Shown: positions 50,461 through 60,042 of the stretch, piece after piece
How the letters are laid out: each line of letters begins with the position of its first letter
How positions within the stretch are numbered: the first letter of the stretch is position 1
Assembly (NCBI GenBank): GCA_947588965.1
Contig: CANQAN010000007.1
Coordinates: 25,542 to 89,541, forward strand
Source of the DNA: an uncultured Helicobacteraceae bacterium
GTDB taxonomy: Bacteria; Campylobacterota; Campylobacteria; Campylobacterales; Helicobacteraceae
Length of the DNA: 64,000 nucleotides
Direction: 5' to 3'
Program-made: the position numbers and the translations under genes
The notes under the pieces: model-generated
The model's input: the letters and a program-made list of their open reading frames with translations, nothing else
Told to the model about the DNA's origin: nothing
Database searches by the model: none

Positions 50461-51545
50461 TTAGATTCTTAGATTTACAAAAGATTAATGCACGTTTTTC
50501 TGCTGCAATTGAAGCAAAAATGCAAGAAGTGTTGCGCAGTGGCTGGTATCTGCAAGGAGAGCAGAATCAAGCCTTTGAGAGAGAGTTTGCAGAGTATTGC
50601 GGGGTGCGCTATTGTGTCGGATGTGCAAATGGCTTGGATGCCCTGCGTCTTATCATTAAGGGCTATGGGTTTGGTCGTGGAGATGAGATTATCGTCCCTG
50701 CAAACACCTATATTGCCTCTATTTTGGCAATCACTGATAATGATTGCACCCCCGTGCTTGTAGAACCAAAGCTGGAGAATTACAATATTGATATTGATTC
50801 CATAGAATCCGCAATTAGTGCGAGGACAAAGGCGATTTTGGTTGTGCATTTGTATGGACGTGTGGTTGAAATGGAGAGAATTTGGGAGTTAGCACAAAAG
50901 TACCATTTAAAAGTTATAGAGGATTCTGCACAAGCACACGGTGCATTGTATCAAAAGAGACGTGCGGGGAATTTAGGAGATGCGAGTGGATTTTCCTTTT
51001 ATCCGGGTAAGAATCTTGGTGCTCTAGGAGATGGTGGGGCTGTTGTAACAAATGATAAGGAGCTTGCAGACAAGATTCGCGCTCTTGCTAACTATGGCTC
51101 ACACAAGAAATATGAAAATCTCTATCAAGGGCTTAATTCAAGGATGGATGAGATTCAAGCAGGAATTTTGCGCATTAAACTCAAAAAACTTGATGCAGAC
51201 AATGCAAGACGTATTCAAATTGCACAAGAATATATTGCAAACATTATAAATCCTAAGATCACTTTACCAAGGCTTGATTCTGCGCTGGATTCTAATGTTT
51301 GGCATTTGTTTGTGGTGCGCACACAAGAGCGCGAAAGATTGCAAGAATATCTCACGCAAAAGGACATCCAGAGCCTCATTCACTACCCGATTCCACCTCA
51401 TAAACAAAAGGCTTACTTAGAATGGAATTCCCTTAGTTTTCCAATAACAGAAAAGATTCATAGAGAGGTTTTGTCATTGCCCATAAGTCCTGTAATGAGT
51501 GATGACGAAGTACAAAGTGTGATAAACGCAATAAATGCCTTTTGA
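50457..51545 (+). CDS. DegT/DnrJ/EryC1/StrS-family PLP-dependent sugar aminotransferase
   Basis: 362 aa. [32 protein letters not shown] and [18 protein letters not shown] (PLP Lys). 4-nt overlap with the GT2 gene. Confidence 0.9.
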   Translation: MIRFLDLQKINARFSAAIEAKMQEVLRSGWYLQGEQNQAFEREFAEYCGVRYCVGCANGLDALRLIIKGYGFGRGDEIIVPANTYIASILAITDNDCTPVLVEPKLENYNIDIDSIESAISARTKAILVVHLYGRVVEMERIWELAQKYHLKVIEDSAQAHGALYQKRRAGNLGDASGFSFYPGKNLGALGDGGAVVTNDKELADKIRALANYGSHKKYENLYQGLNSRMDEIQAGILRIKLKKLDADNARRIQIAQEYIANIINPKITLPRLDSALDSNVWHLFVVRTQERERLQEYLTQKDIQSLIHYPIPPHKQKAYLEWNSLSFPITEKIHREVLSLPISPVMSDDEVQSVINAINAF

Positions 51546-51568
51546 GTGGGCGCGTTTATTGATTATAC

Positions 51569-52744
51569 TTAGGGAATGATTTTTTTGATTTTATCCAACC
51601 ATTCTTTCAGTGTTTTTTCAAAGCCTTTGGGTTGCCAATGGACAAATTTCAAATCTTTTGCTTCTTTTGGGAGGTATGTCTGCTTGACATAGCCGCCAAA
51701 GTCGTGTGGATAGAGATAATCTTTGTGGAATTGCCTAATGTGCGAGGGAATCTCTTCGTTAGGATGCTCTTTGACATATTCCATTGCCTTATCAATAGCA
51801 CAATATGCGCAATTTGACTTCGGAGATGCACAGAGGTAAAGCACACATTGGCTTAGAATGATTCTTGCTTCAGGATAGCCGATCTTTGCAACGCTCTGCA
51901 TTGTGGAGTTAGCAAGATTCAGAGCGTTAGGATTCGCATTTCCGATGTCTTCGCTTGCTAAAATCACGAGGCGTCGGGCGATAAACTCTGGATTCTCACC
52001 TCCTAAGATGAGTCGCGCAAGGTAGTAGAGGGCTGCATTTTCATCACTTCCGCGGATACTTTTAATGAGGGCTGAAATGAGATTATAATGCACATCTAAC
52101 TCGCTCGTGCCACTAAGAGAGGTTTTACGCAGTGTGGAGAGTAAATTAACATCAAGCGGGAGATGGGTCTCTAGCGCACAATCAAGCAGATTCAACATTG
52201 CTCTCCCATCACCTCCGCTTGTTTGGATTAAAAATGCGCGTACCTCTTTAGAGAGTGTGAAAGATTCTAGGATGCGCTCTAAATCTTGCCTTGTGAGCGC
52301 ATAAAATTCAAAAACCATAGAGCGCGATCTGATTGCCTGTGTGAGCGCAAAATAGGGGTTTTCTGTAGAGGCTCCAAGGATGAGTGCGGTGTGATTCTCC
52401 ATAATGGGAAGCAGAATCTCTTGCTGCGCTTTATTGAGGCGATGCACTTCATCGATGAAAATAATGGGTTTTACGAGCGCATTTTTGTGGTTTTTTAAGA
52501 TATTACGGAGTTCTTCTGTTTTGAAACTTGTCGCATTGAGTTCAAAGAAAGGTGCGCCAATTTCTTTGGCAATAAGCAGGGCTGCGCTTGTCTTGCCACT
52601 TCCCGGAGGACCAAAGAAAAAGCAATGCGGAATCTTGTGAGACAAAATGAGACGCATAAGGGGCGCGTTTTTGCCAAAAAGATGTTTTTGTCCGACAAAT
52701 TCTTGAAAACTTTTAGGTCTTTTATTGTATGCTAAGTCTTTCAT
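51569..52744 (-). CDS. rarA: Replication-associated recombination protein A (AAA+ ATPase RarA/MgsA)
   Basis: 391 aa. Walker A GPPGSGKTS, Walker B IFIDEVHRLNKAQQ, and the C-terminal MgsA domain (HLRG-like ...SIRGSDENAALYYLARL). Confidence 0.92.
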   Translation of the reverse strand: MKDLAYNKRPKSFQEFVGQKHLFGKNAPLMRLILSHKIPHCFFFGPPGSGKTSAALLIAKEIGAPFFELNATSFKTEELRNILKNHKNALVKPIIFIDEVHRLNKAQQEILLPIMENHTALILGASTENPYFALTQAIRSRSMVFEFYALTRQDLERILESFTLSKEVRAFLIQTSGGDGRAMLNLLDCALETHLPLDVNLLSTLRKTSLSGTSELDVHYNLISALIKSIRGSDENAALYYLARLILGGENPEFIARRLVILASEDIGNANPNALNLANSTMQSVAKIGYPEARIILSQCVLYLCASPKSNCAYCAIDKAMEYVKEHPNEEIPSHIRQFHKDYLYPHDFGGYVKQTYLPKEAKDLKFVHWQPKGFEKTLKEWLDKIKKIIP

Positions 52745-52818
52745 TTTTGCCTCAAGGATAAATATGTCAAGATACGCCCCCTTACTGCTCGGATTGTTCG
52801 CTGCCTTTATGGTACTTT

Positions 52819-53475
52819 TTATGATGTATGGAGTTGGAAATCCGATTTTTTAGTATAAAAATTTTTTAGGATTTTGAGGACTTCTTTTGGATTGTTTGCT
52901 GTTTTTATGAGCTTTAATTCTTCTTTTGTGATGGCATTTTCTGCTAACATTGTGTGTTTGAGCCACTTAAGAAGTCCTTTCCAATAATGTTTTCCATAGA
53001 GAATGATAGGAATCTCTTGTTGTTTTTTTGTGGCAATTTGCACGAGAATTTCACTCAATTCATCAAGCGTTCCATACCCACCCATTGCGATAATGAATGC
53101 TGTGGTGTTGGAGTTAAAAACAAACTTGCGACTGAAGAAATTTTCAAACTGTAGCGGAATCTCTACAAAGGGATTGAAATTTTGCTCATTGGGAAGCTGT
53201 ATGTTAAGTCCGATAGAAAAGATAGAATCCGCTTTTGGATGGGTCTTTTTGTAATGCATGATTCCATAGTTTGCTGCCTCCATAATGCCCGGACCTCCCC
53301 CTGTCATAATAGAATAATTATGTTTTGCAAGCTTATAGGTGAGTTTGGCAACGGATTGATAGGCGGGATTTTCCTTGCCGACTCGTGCGCCACCGAAGAT
53401 GGTAATGATATTTTCTAGATTTTCTAAGGTTTTAAGTCCGTTTTGAAGCTCTTGTTTGAGAAGTTTAAAATCCAT
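52819..53475 (-). CDS. LOG-family (TIGR00730) protein
   Basis: GGGPGIMEAAN and MGGYGTLDEL motifs. The start is placed at ATG 53475 (MDFKLLKQ..) because the track start at 53520 lies inside thiE. Confidence 0.85.
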   Translation of the reverse strand: MDFKLLKQELQNGLKTLENLENIITIFGGARVGKENPAYQSVAKLTYKLAKHNYSIMTGGGPGIMEAANYGIMHYKKTHPKADSIFSIGLNIQLPNEQNFNPFVEIPLQFENFFSRKFVFNSNTTAFIIAMGGYGTLDELSEILVQIATKKQQEIPIILYGKHYWKGLLKWLKHTMLAENAITKEELKLIKTANNPKEVLKILKNFYTKKSDFQLHTS

Positions 53476-53485
53476 TGAAAATCCT

Positions 53486-54121
53486 TTAAGATTTCCATGC
53501 TCTAAGCAATTGTTGTACATTTTTCACAATGTCACCACTCCAAATACTGCGCACACAAGCAATCATCGTCGCATCTTTGAGTTTTGAGATATTTTGCTGA
53601 TTGATTCCGCCAATTGCACAAAGTGGAATCTCCGTGAAAGCCCTTGTGTGTTTAAAAATCTCTAAATCAATCGTTTTTGCCTGTGGCTTTGTCTGTGAGG
53701 CAAAACAAGAGCCAAAGGCAATATAATCTGCTCCTGCTTCTATGGCATTATGTGCAAGTTCTAAATCTCCATAGCAAGAGACACCAAGGATTCCGCGAAA
53801 TTGTGCGCGAATATGTCGGAGTTGTTGGGGGCTGTAGGGCTTGTCATTTTCATCTTTTCCGACATGTAAGCCTTGCGTTTGTAGTGAAATGGCAAGGGAT
53901 ATGTGATCATTTAAGATAAAGGGAATATTGTGAGAAGCGCAAATTTTAGCAAGTTTTTGACAGAGGAGGGATAATTCTTGCTTTGGGGTTGTTTTGTCAC
54001 GCAATTGAAAGAGTGTGATTCCACCTTGTATGGCTTGTTTGAGCATAGTTTGCAAAGATGCGTTTGGTGTGAGTTCTGTATCGCTTATAGCATAAATTCC
54101 TTGCAAATTTTTTTGAGACAT
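53486..54121 (-). CDS. thiE: Thiamine-phosphate synthase
   Basis: 211 aa. LFQLRDK, ILNDHISLA, GADYIAFGSCFASQTK and AIGGI motifs of the TMP-TENI fold. Confidence 0.88.
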   Translation of the reverse strand: MSQKNLQGIYAISDTELTPNASLQTMLKQAIQGGITLFQLRDKTTPKQELSLLCQKLAKICASHNIPFILNDHISLAISLQTQGLHVGKDENDKPYSPQQLRHIRAQFRGILGVSCYGDLELAHNAIEAGADYIAFGSCFASQTKPQAKTIDLEIFKHTRAFTEIPLCAIGGINQQNISKLKDATMIACVRSIWSGDIVKNVQQLLRAWKS

Positions 54122-54182
54122 TCCTTATCCTCATCAAAAATATTTTAAAATTCTATACTTTAAATCTTAAAGAGAATTTGAA

Positions 54183-56477
54183 ATGAATCTTAAAACTATT
54201 CTGTTGAGAATTCAAGGTGTCGTGCAGGGTGTGGGATTCCGCCCCTTTGTGTATCAAGTCGCGCAAAGGCATGGAATCTGTGGTTATGTCCGCAATGATT
54301 TGCAAGGCGTGTTCATTTGTGCTCAAGGTACAGAGGATACGCTAGAGAGATTCAAAGAGGATTTGAAGTGCGCACCAAAGGCTGCTAGGATTCTGTCTTT
54401 TGAGAGTGAGAGTGTGCAAACAAAGGAGATTTATAGGGATTTTAGCATTCAAAAGAGTTTGCAGGGAACAGATGTGATTGAAGCAACTATTCCAGCGGAT
54501 ATTGCTCTGTGTGAGGAATGCCTTAAAGAGCTTAGAGACCCGCAAAATCGCAGATATAACTATGCATTTATGAGTTGTGCAAATTGTGGAGCGCGTTATA
54601 GCCTGATTCACAGACTGCCCTATGACAGAGAGAGTACCTCAATGGCACATTTTATAATGTGCAAGAAGTGCAAGGAGGAGTATCACAATCCACGCTCAAG
54701 GAGATTCCATTCTGAAATCAATTGTTGCAAGGATTGCGGACCCAAATTGCTTTGGACACAGAATTTGGAATCTTTCAAAGATTTGCAAGAAATGGTAGAT
54801 TCTGCGATACCTATTACAGAGAATCTGTGTGAAAATCCGCTTCAAAATGCTATTTTAGCACTCAAAAATGGCGCAATTTTGGCACTCAAAGGCATAGGGG
54901 GTTATGCTCTCATTTGTAATGCCTGTAATAGCGATACAATCGTGCGCTTAAGAAAGCTAAAACAGCGTCCGCGCAAACCCTTTGCGCTTATGTGTAGGGA
55001 TTTAAAAATGGCGGAATCTTTCGTGGAATTAAGCGCTATAGAGAGGGAGATGCTCGCCTCACAGATTGCGCCCATTGTGCTTGCAGAGGCTAAGAATTCC
55101 ATTGCCTTGCCCACACAAGAAATCGCGCCAAATCTCACGACTCTAGGCGTGATTCTACCCTATGCCCCTCTGCACTATTTGCTATTTTCAAAGCTTGATT
55201 TTCCCTTGATTTTCACAAGCGCAAATGTGAGTGGAGAGCCTATTATCAAGGATTTTTATAGAATCGTTCAAGAATTTAGCGGAATCTGCGATGGTGTGCT
55301 TTGGTATGATCGAGACATTTTAAATCCTATTGATGATAGTTTAATGCGCATCATTGGTGGCAAAATACAAGTTTTAAGACGTGCGCGGGGATTTTTGTGT
55401 GATTTACAAGATATGAATCTGAATAGAGAAAAAAAGGAGGATTTTATCGCATTTGGTGCGCAGCAAAAGGCGACTTTTTGTTTAAAGATTCAAAATAAGA
55501 TTCTGCTTAGTCCGCATTTGGGAGATTTAGACACACTTGCAAGTGTGCAAAACTTCGCAGAAACAAGGAATCTTTTTTGTGGGCAATACAAGAGGAATCC
55601 TCAAGAGTTTGTGCTTGATTTGCATCCACAATATGCGCAACGTAGCTTTGTAGAGCATGAGAATAGCGAGAATGTCAAGGAAGTGCAACATCACTTTGCG
55701 CATCTCTTATCAAATATCGCAGAAAATTCCTTGCAAGGTACGGTTCTTGGCGTGATATTTGATGGCACGGGTTTTGGGAATGATGGCAAAATTTGGGGTG
55801 GGGAATTTTTGGTTTGGGATTCTAATAATCCTTTAGAATTTTCGCGTATTGCGCATTTTGATGATTTTCCGCTTCTGGGAGGAGAGAGGGCTCTTATGGA
55901 GATTGGGCGCTTAGCTCTTGCGCTGTTGTTTGGTGCCTTTGGGAGGGAGTATAGGGATTCTGGGGTTTTGATGTTGAGGGAATTTTCTGCAGAGATACAA
56001 GAGGTTTTTTATAAAATCAAAGACAAACAAGTCTTATGTCATAGTGTGGGACGCTTATTTGATGCCATAAGTGCGCTCTGTGGTGTGTGTTTGAGTGTGA
56101 GTTATGAGGGGGAGGGGGGGATGCTCTTAGAATCCCTAGCACAACAAGCAAAGAATCAGATGTCCTATTCCTTTGCAATTGCGGAGGGGCAAATCATTTG
56201 GAGTGAAATGATAAGGGAGATTTGCGATGATTTGAAGTGCGGAGTTTTACCCAATCAAATTGCACGAAACTTTCATTACACGCTTGCAAGAATCATAAAA
56301 GAAATCGCACAACCTTTTAAGCAAATCGCCTTGAGTGGAGGTTGCTTCCAAAATGCGCTTTTAACGCAGTTTGTCTTAGAAGAACTTTGGGACAAAGAGG
56401 TGTATTTGCATTCTAGCATTCCTTGCAATGATGGTGGAATCAGCTTTGGGCAAGCCTATTATGCGCTCCAATCTTAA
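54183..56477 (+). CDS. hypF: [NiFe]-hydrogenase maturation carbamoyltransferase HypF
   Basis: 764 aa. Acylphosphatase domain (IQGVVQGVGFRPFVY), two zinc-finger motifs (CEECLKELRDPQNRRYNYAFMSCANCGARYS; CKKC...CKDCGP), a YrdC-like domain and a Kae1-like domain. Confidence 0.95.
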   Translation: MNLKTILLRIQGVVQGVGFRPFVYQVAQRHGICGYVRNDLQGVFICAQGTEDTLERFKEDLKCAPKAARILSFESESVQTKEIYRDFSIQKSLQGTDVIEATIPADIALCEECLKELRDPQNRRYNYAFMSCANCGARYSLIHRLPYDRESTSMAHFIMCKKCKEEYHNPRSRRFHSEINCCKDCGPKLLWTQNLESFKDLQEMVDSAIPITENLCENPLQNAILALKNGAILALKGIGGYALICNACNSDTIVRLRKLKQRPRKPFALMCRDLKMAESFVELSAIEREMLASQIAPIVLAEAKNSIALPTQEIAPNLTTLGVILPYAPLHYLLFSKLDFPLIFTSANVSGEPIIKDFYRIVQEFSGICDGVLWYDRDILNPIDDSLMRIIGGKIQVLRRARGFLCDLQDMNLNREKKEDFIAFGAQQKATFCLKIQNKILLSPHLGDLDTLASVQNFAETRNLFCGQYKRNPQEFVLDLHPQYAQRSFVEHENSENVKEVQHHFAHLLSNIAENSLQGTVLGVIFDGTGFGNDGKIWGGEFLVWDSNNPLEFSRIAHFDDFPLLGGERALMEIGRLALALLFGAFGREYRDSGVLMLREFSAEIQEVFYKIKDKQVLCHSVGRLFDAISALCGVCLSVSYEGEGGMLLESLAQQAKNQMSYSFAIAEGQIIWSEMIREICDDLKCGVLPNQIARNFHYTLARIIKEIAQPFKQIALSGGCFQNALLTQFVLEELWDKEVYLHSSIPCNDGGISFGQAYYALQS

Positions 56478-56515
56478 GAGGTGTTTTATGGAATCTTTGA
56501 AATTAAATTGTTATA

Positions 56516-57259
56516 ATGGCGCCTTTTAATGATTTTGAGGTGGGAATGTTTTTTCAGAGTTTTCTCCAGACATTGCCTGTGTTGATGGGGTATTTGCCAC
56601 TTGGAATTGCCTTTGGAATCTTGTTTGCACAAATGCAATTTGCATGGTATTATGGAATCTTGTGTGCGGTGTTTGTATTCACAGGGGCAGGGCAGTTTTT
56701 GCTCATTTCTTTATTGAGTGTAAGGGCTGGATTTTTGCAGATTGCTGTTGCTTTGTTTTTGCTTAACATGCGGCATATGTTTTATTCCCTTGCATTGCTT
56801 GAAGAACTTAAGTCATTTGGTGTGCGCAAGTATTACATACTCTTTGGGCTTACAGATGAGACTTTTGCGCTCTTAAAGAGCAATCAAGCGACCTTAAATT
56901 TGAGTCCAAAAGAATTAGAAAAAAACTATTTTTACATCACATTGCTGAATCATTTGTATTGGATTTTGGGCTGTGGGATTGGAATCTTTTTGGGGGAGTT
57001 TTTACGCTTCTCATCAGAGGGGGTTGAATTTGTATTGACTGCTTTGTTTAGCGTTTTAACGCTTGTTTTGCTGAAAAACTCAAAAAATAAAAAGCCCTTT
57101 TTTATCGCATTTGCGCTTGGAGTTTTGGGGCTTATATTCTTTCCTAGCGATAAGTTTTTAATCTTGGCTCTGGTGTGTGGGGTTGTCCTTTTGATTGTTT
57201 TGAAAAAGTGGATTGTTAGAGTGGATTTTAGGGCAGATGGTGGAAACAACAGAGCTTAG
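56516..57259 (+). CDS. azlC: AzlC-family branched-chain amino acid exporter subunit
   Basis: 247 aa polytopic membrane protein with an AzlC-like layout. It is followed by an overlapping small AzlD-like gene. Confidence 0.75.
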   Translation: MAPFNDFEVGMFFQSFLQTLPVLMGYLPLGIAFGILFAQMQFAWYYGILCAVFVFTGAGQFLLISLLSVRAGFLQIAVALFLLNMRHMFYSLALLEELKSFGVRKYYILFGLTDETFALLKSNQATLNLSPKELEKNYFYITLLNHLYWILGCGIGIFLGEFLRFSSEGVEFVLTALFSVLTLVLLKNSKNKKPFFIAFALGVLGLIFFPSDKFLILALVCGVVLLIVLKKWIVRVDFRADGGNNRA

Positions 57260-57587
57260 CGCATTTTATTTTTTGGGTGCAATTTTGGTGGCTACGTTGG
57301 GGACAGCATTGACACGATTTTTGCCCTTTTTTGTTTTTAAAAGACGCACAAATCGCGCGTTTTTGGTGTATTTGCAAGAAACAATGCCTCTTTTGATTAT
57401 GACACTTTTAGTGTTTTTTAGTCTCAAAGATGTTGCTTGGAGTGAGACGTATGGAATGTATGAGATTGCTGGAATTTTGAGTGCAATAATTTGTTTTGCG
57501 CTTTCTAGAAATGCGATTTTAAGCATGTTTGTTGCCATTGCGTTTTATATGATAATTTTAAAATGCCTTAAAGGAGTCTTATGGTGA
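57237..57587 (+). CDS. azlD: AzlD-family small membrane protein
   Basis: ~116 aa with 3-4 TM helices. ATG 57237 (MVETTELSAFYFLGAI) overlaps the azlC end by 23 nt. Confidence 0.7.
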   Translation: MVETTELSAFYFLGAILVATLGTALTRFLPFFVFKRRTNRAFLVYLQETMPLLIMTLLVFFSLKDVAWSETYGMYEIAGILSAIICFALSRNAILSMFVAIAFYMIILKCLKGVLW

Positions 57588-57931
57588 AAGTTTATGGAAT
57601 CAAGACTTGTGGGAGCGTAAGAAAAGCTCTTGCATTCTTTGAATCTAAGGGTGTAGAATATCAATTTGTTGATTTTAAGAAAGAAAAACCAACGCAAGAT
57701 AAGCTGGAGTTTTGGCTTAAATTTGTGAGTTTGGAGCAGTTGTTTAATAAAAAGGGGACAACCTATAAAAAATTAGGATTGAAAGATTGCGCACTTGGCG
57801 CAGAGGAGATGAAGCAATGGTTGCTTAAAGAGCCTTTATTGTTTAAGCGTCCTGTGGTTGAGATTTGCAATCCATCGCCAAAAAGTGTCATTGTCGGCTT
57901 TAGCGAGGAAGCTTATGAGAAAATTTGCTAG
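57581..57931 (+). CDS. ArsC/Spx-family thioredoxin-fold protein (YffB-like)
   Basis: 116 aa. MVKVYGIKTCGSVRKALAFFESKGVEYQFVDFKK is the typical N-terminus of the ArsC/Spx family. Confidence 0.82.
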   Translation: MVKVYGIKTCGSVRKALAFFESKGVEYQFVDFKKEKPTQDKLEFWLKFVSLEQLFNKKGTTYKKLGLKDCALGAEEMKQWLLKEPLLFKRPVVEICNPSPKSVIVGFSEEAYEKIC

Positions 57932-59285
57932 AATCCTATTAGGACATTTTTGTTCTGCACTGCTATTAGGAACCCTTTTTGTGCTGTTTGGTTGCGCACA
58001 GAGGCAAGAAGAAATAATCCTTGATCTCCCTAAGCAGGATTTGAAGCCTTTTATCAAGGATTACAGGACGTTAGATGATGCGCAAATAGAATCCTTGAGA
58101 CAAGAGTATTTGGAGCGTTTTTTTTCTCCCTTTAAACAAGAACCAAAACAGAGCGCGAGTGACTTGCAACGCGCTTTTCAAAGTGCTTATCAGAATCTTG
58201 GCTTTGGGGAAAATCTGCAACCCTATACCAAAGAAGAGATTGAAGCTTTAGAATTTGAGGCAGATTTAGCGCATTATCCGAGCGTTAAGAGAGTTGCGAT
58301 TGTGACAAAAAATTCTAATTTGCGCACATTGCCGACGAATAAGCCACGATTTTATAATCCAAAACTTGCAGGAGAGGGCTTTCCCTTTGATTATTGGCAG
58401 AATTCTTCTGTTTATTTAGGGACGCCTATTCTAATCACACATTATTCGCATTCTAAAGAGTGGGCTTATGTGGAGAGTGGTTTTGTGAGTGGCTGGATCA
58501 GTGTGCTTGATATTGGGATTCTCGATCCTAAACAAGCGCGACATTTACAAGGGTGGCAGGATTTTTTGGTTGTGCAAAATGACAAAACTCCAATGTATAG
58601 TCTGCAGGGTGAATATTTGGAATCTGCACGTATTGGAATGATTCTGCCCCTAAAGAAACGCGCAAAAACGCATTATGAGGCGGAAATTTACTTGCGCGAT
58701 GTGCATGGATATGCACAAGTTTCTACAATCAACTTAGATCAAAAGGATTTTTCAGAATTTCCAATGCGCTTTTCTAGTGCAAGTGTAGCACATCTCATAC
58801 AGGGAATTTTGGGGGAGAAATATGGTTGGGGTGGAATATTTGAAAATCGCGATTGCTCGATGTTTTTACATGATGTTTTTGGGAATTTTGGATTTTATCT
58901 TCCGCGAAATTCACAGGCTCAAATCAATGACAAGAAAGCAAAAGAGAATCTGTATGTGGAAATCGGAGAAAAGAATGTGGGAGAAAAAATGAATTTCATT
59001 AGGGAAAATGGAATCCCCTTTGCTACATTTTTAGGAATGCGTGGGCATATTATGCTCTATATTGGTGCAATGAATGATGTGATTTATGTTGTCCATGATA
59101 TATGGGGGTTAAGAACGTTACAAAAAGAAACACAAGAGGGACGTAAAATTATCGGGAAAATTGTTATTACTCCTGTAGATGTTGGAAAAAATATTCATGG
59201 AATCGCGCAGGATACATTGCTTATTAAACGCATTTATGGGATGCGGAATCTCTTTTTAAAAGAGGATCTTGATGAGAGAAATTGA
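57915..59285 (+). CDS. NlpC/P60 (C40) family lipoprotein with SH3b-like domains
   Basis: Start placed at MRKFARILLG.. (ATG 57915) with lipobox VLFGCAQ. Catalytic Cys context NRDCSMFLHDVF and His GHIMLYIG near the C-terminus. Confidence 0.82.
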   Translation: MRKFARILLGHFCSALLLGTLFVLFGCAQRQEEIILDLPKQDLKPFIKDYRTLDDAQIESLRQEYLERFFSPFKQEPKQSASDLQRAFQSAYQNLGFGENLQPYTKEEIEALEFEADLAHYPSVKRVAIVTKNSNLRTLPTNKPRFYNPKLAGEGFPFDYWQNSSVYLGTPILITHYSHSKEWAYVESGFVSGWISVLDIGILDPKQARHLQGWQDFLVVQNDKTPMYSLQGEYLESARIGMILPLKKRAKTHYEAEIYLRDVHGYAQVSTINLDQKDFSEFPMRFSSASVAHLIQGILGEKYGWGGIFENRDCSMFLHDVFGNFGFYLPRNSQAQINDKKAKENLYVEIGEKNVGEKMNFIRENGIPFATFLGMRGHIMLYIGAMNDVIYVVHDIWGLRTLQKETQEGRKIIGKIVITPVDVGKNIHGIAQDTLLIKRIYGMRNLFLKEDLDERN

Positions 59286-60042
59286 AAAGGGCAAAAAAAT
59301 CATTGAGTGCAAAAATGTCGATTTTTATTTTACCTTAGAACAAATTTTATATAATGTGAATTGGACGATTTGCGCAAACGACTTTTGGGCTGTGATTGGT
59401 CCAAATGGTGGTGGAAAGAGCACTTTGGCACGGCTTTTGGTTGGGTTGTTGAAACCGAGTTGTGGTGTGATTGTTAGGGACTCTGATGTGCGCATTGGCT
59501 ATGTTCCTCAAAACACCTTTTTGAATCGCCATTTTCCTATCACTGCGCTTGAAGTTGTGATGATGGGGTTTTTGAAGCCGAAGTTCTTAGGAGGGTTTTT
59601 GCCAAAAGGCACACCAAAAGATGCAAAAGAAACTGCAATGCGGCTTCTGGAGCGTTTCCATTTGGAATCCTATGCACATAAGAAAATAGGGCAACTTTCT
59701 GGAGGACAGAGGCAGAAGGTTTTGATTGCTAGAGCATTGTGTGGGAATCCAAATTTCTTGGTCTTAGATGAACCAACGGCAAGTGTCGATCAAGAAAGCC
59801 AAAGAGAAATTTATCAACTCTTGCAACAAATCAACCAAGAAAAGACTATAATAATGATCAGTCATAATGTATCCGTTCTGCTAGGCTATGCAAGAAAAAT
59901 CTTGTATGTGAATAAAGAAGTGATGATACATCATCTGCCAAATCATTTGAGAGATGCTTATGAGAAAAAGAGGCAGGATGAACATTTTTGTGAAGTAGAG
60001 ATGTTGCTGTGGCAACATAAAGTAGGAGATGAAAATGAATAA
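59269..60042 (+). CDS. Metal (ZnuC/MntB-type) ABC transporter ATP-binding protein
   Basis: 257 aa. Walker A GPNGGGKST, signature LSGGQRQ, Walker B FLVLDEPT. Overlaps the upstream gene by 17 nt. Confidence 0.85.
   Translation: MMREIEKGKKIIECKNVDFYFTLEQILYNVNWTICANDFWAVIGPNGGGKSTLARLLVGLLKPSCGVIVRDSDVRIGYVPQNTFLNRHFPITALEVVMMGFLKPKFLGGFLPKGTPKDAKETAMRLLERFHLESYAHKKIGQLSGGQRQKVLIARALCGNPNFLVLDEPTASVDQESQREIYQLLQQINQEKTIIMISHNVSVLLGYARKILYVNKEVMIHHLPNHLRDAYEKKRQDEHFCEVEMLLWQHKVGDENE

Noticed and set aside
54122-54182. TPP riboswitch upstream of thiE, and likewise an FMN riboswitch upstream of ribA at 25516-25636
   Set aside because: The thiE leader is only ~60 nt, too short for a ~100-nt aptamer. 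Both leaders are AT-rich and lack the conserved cores (CUGAGA...ACCUGA for TPP).
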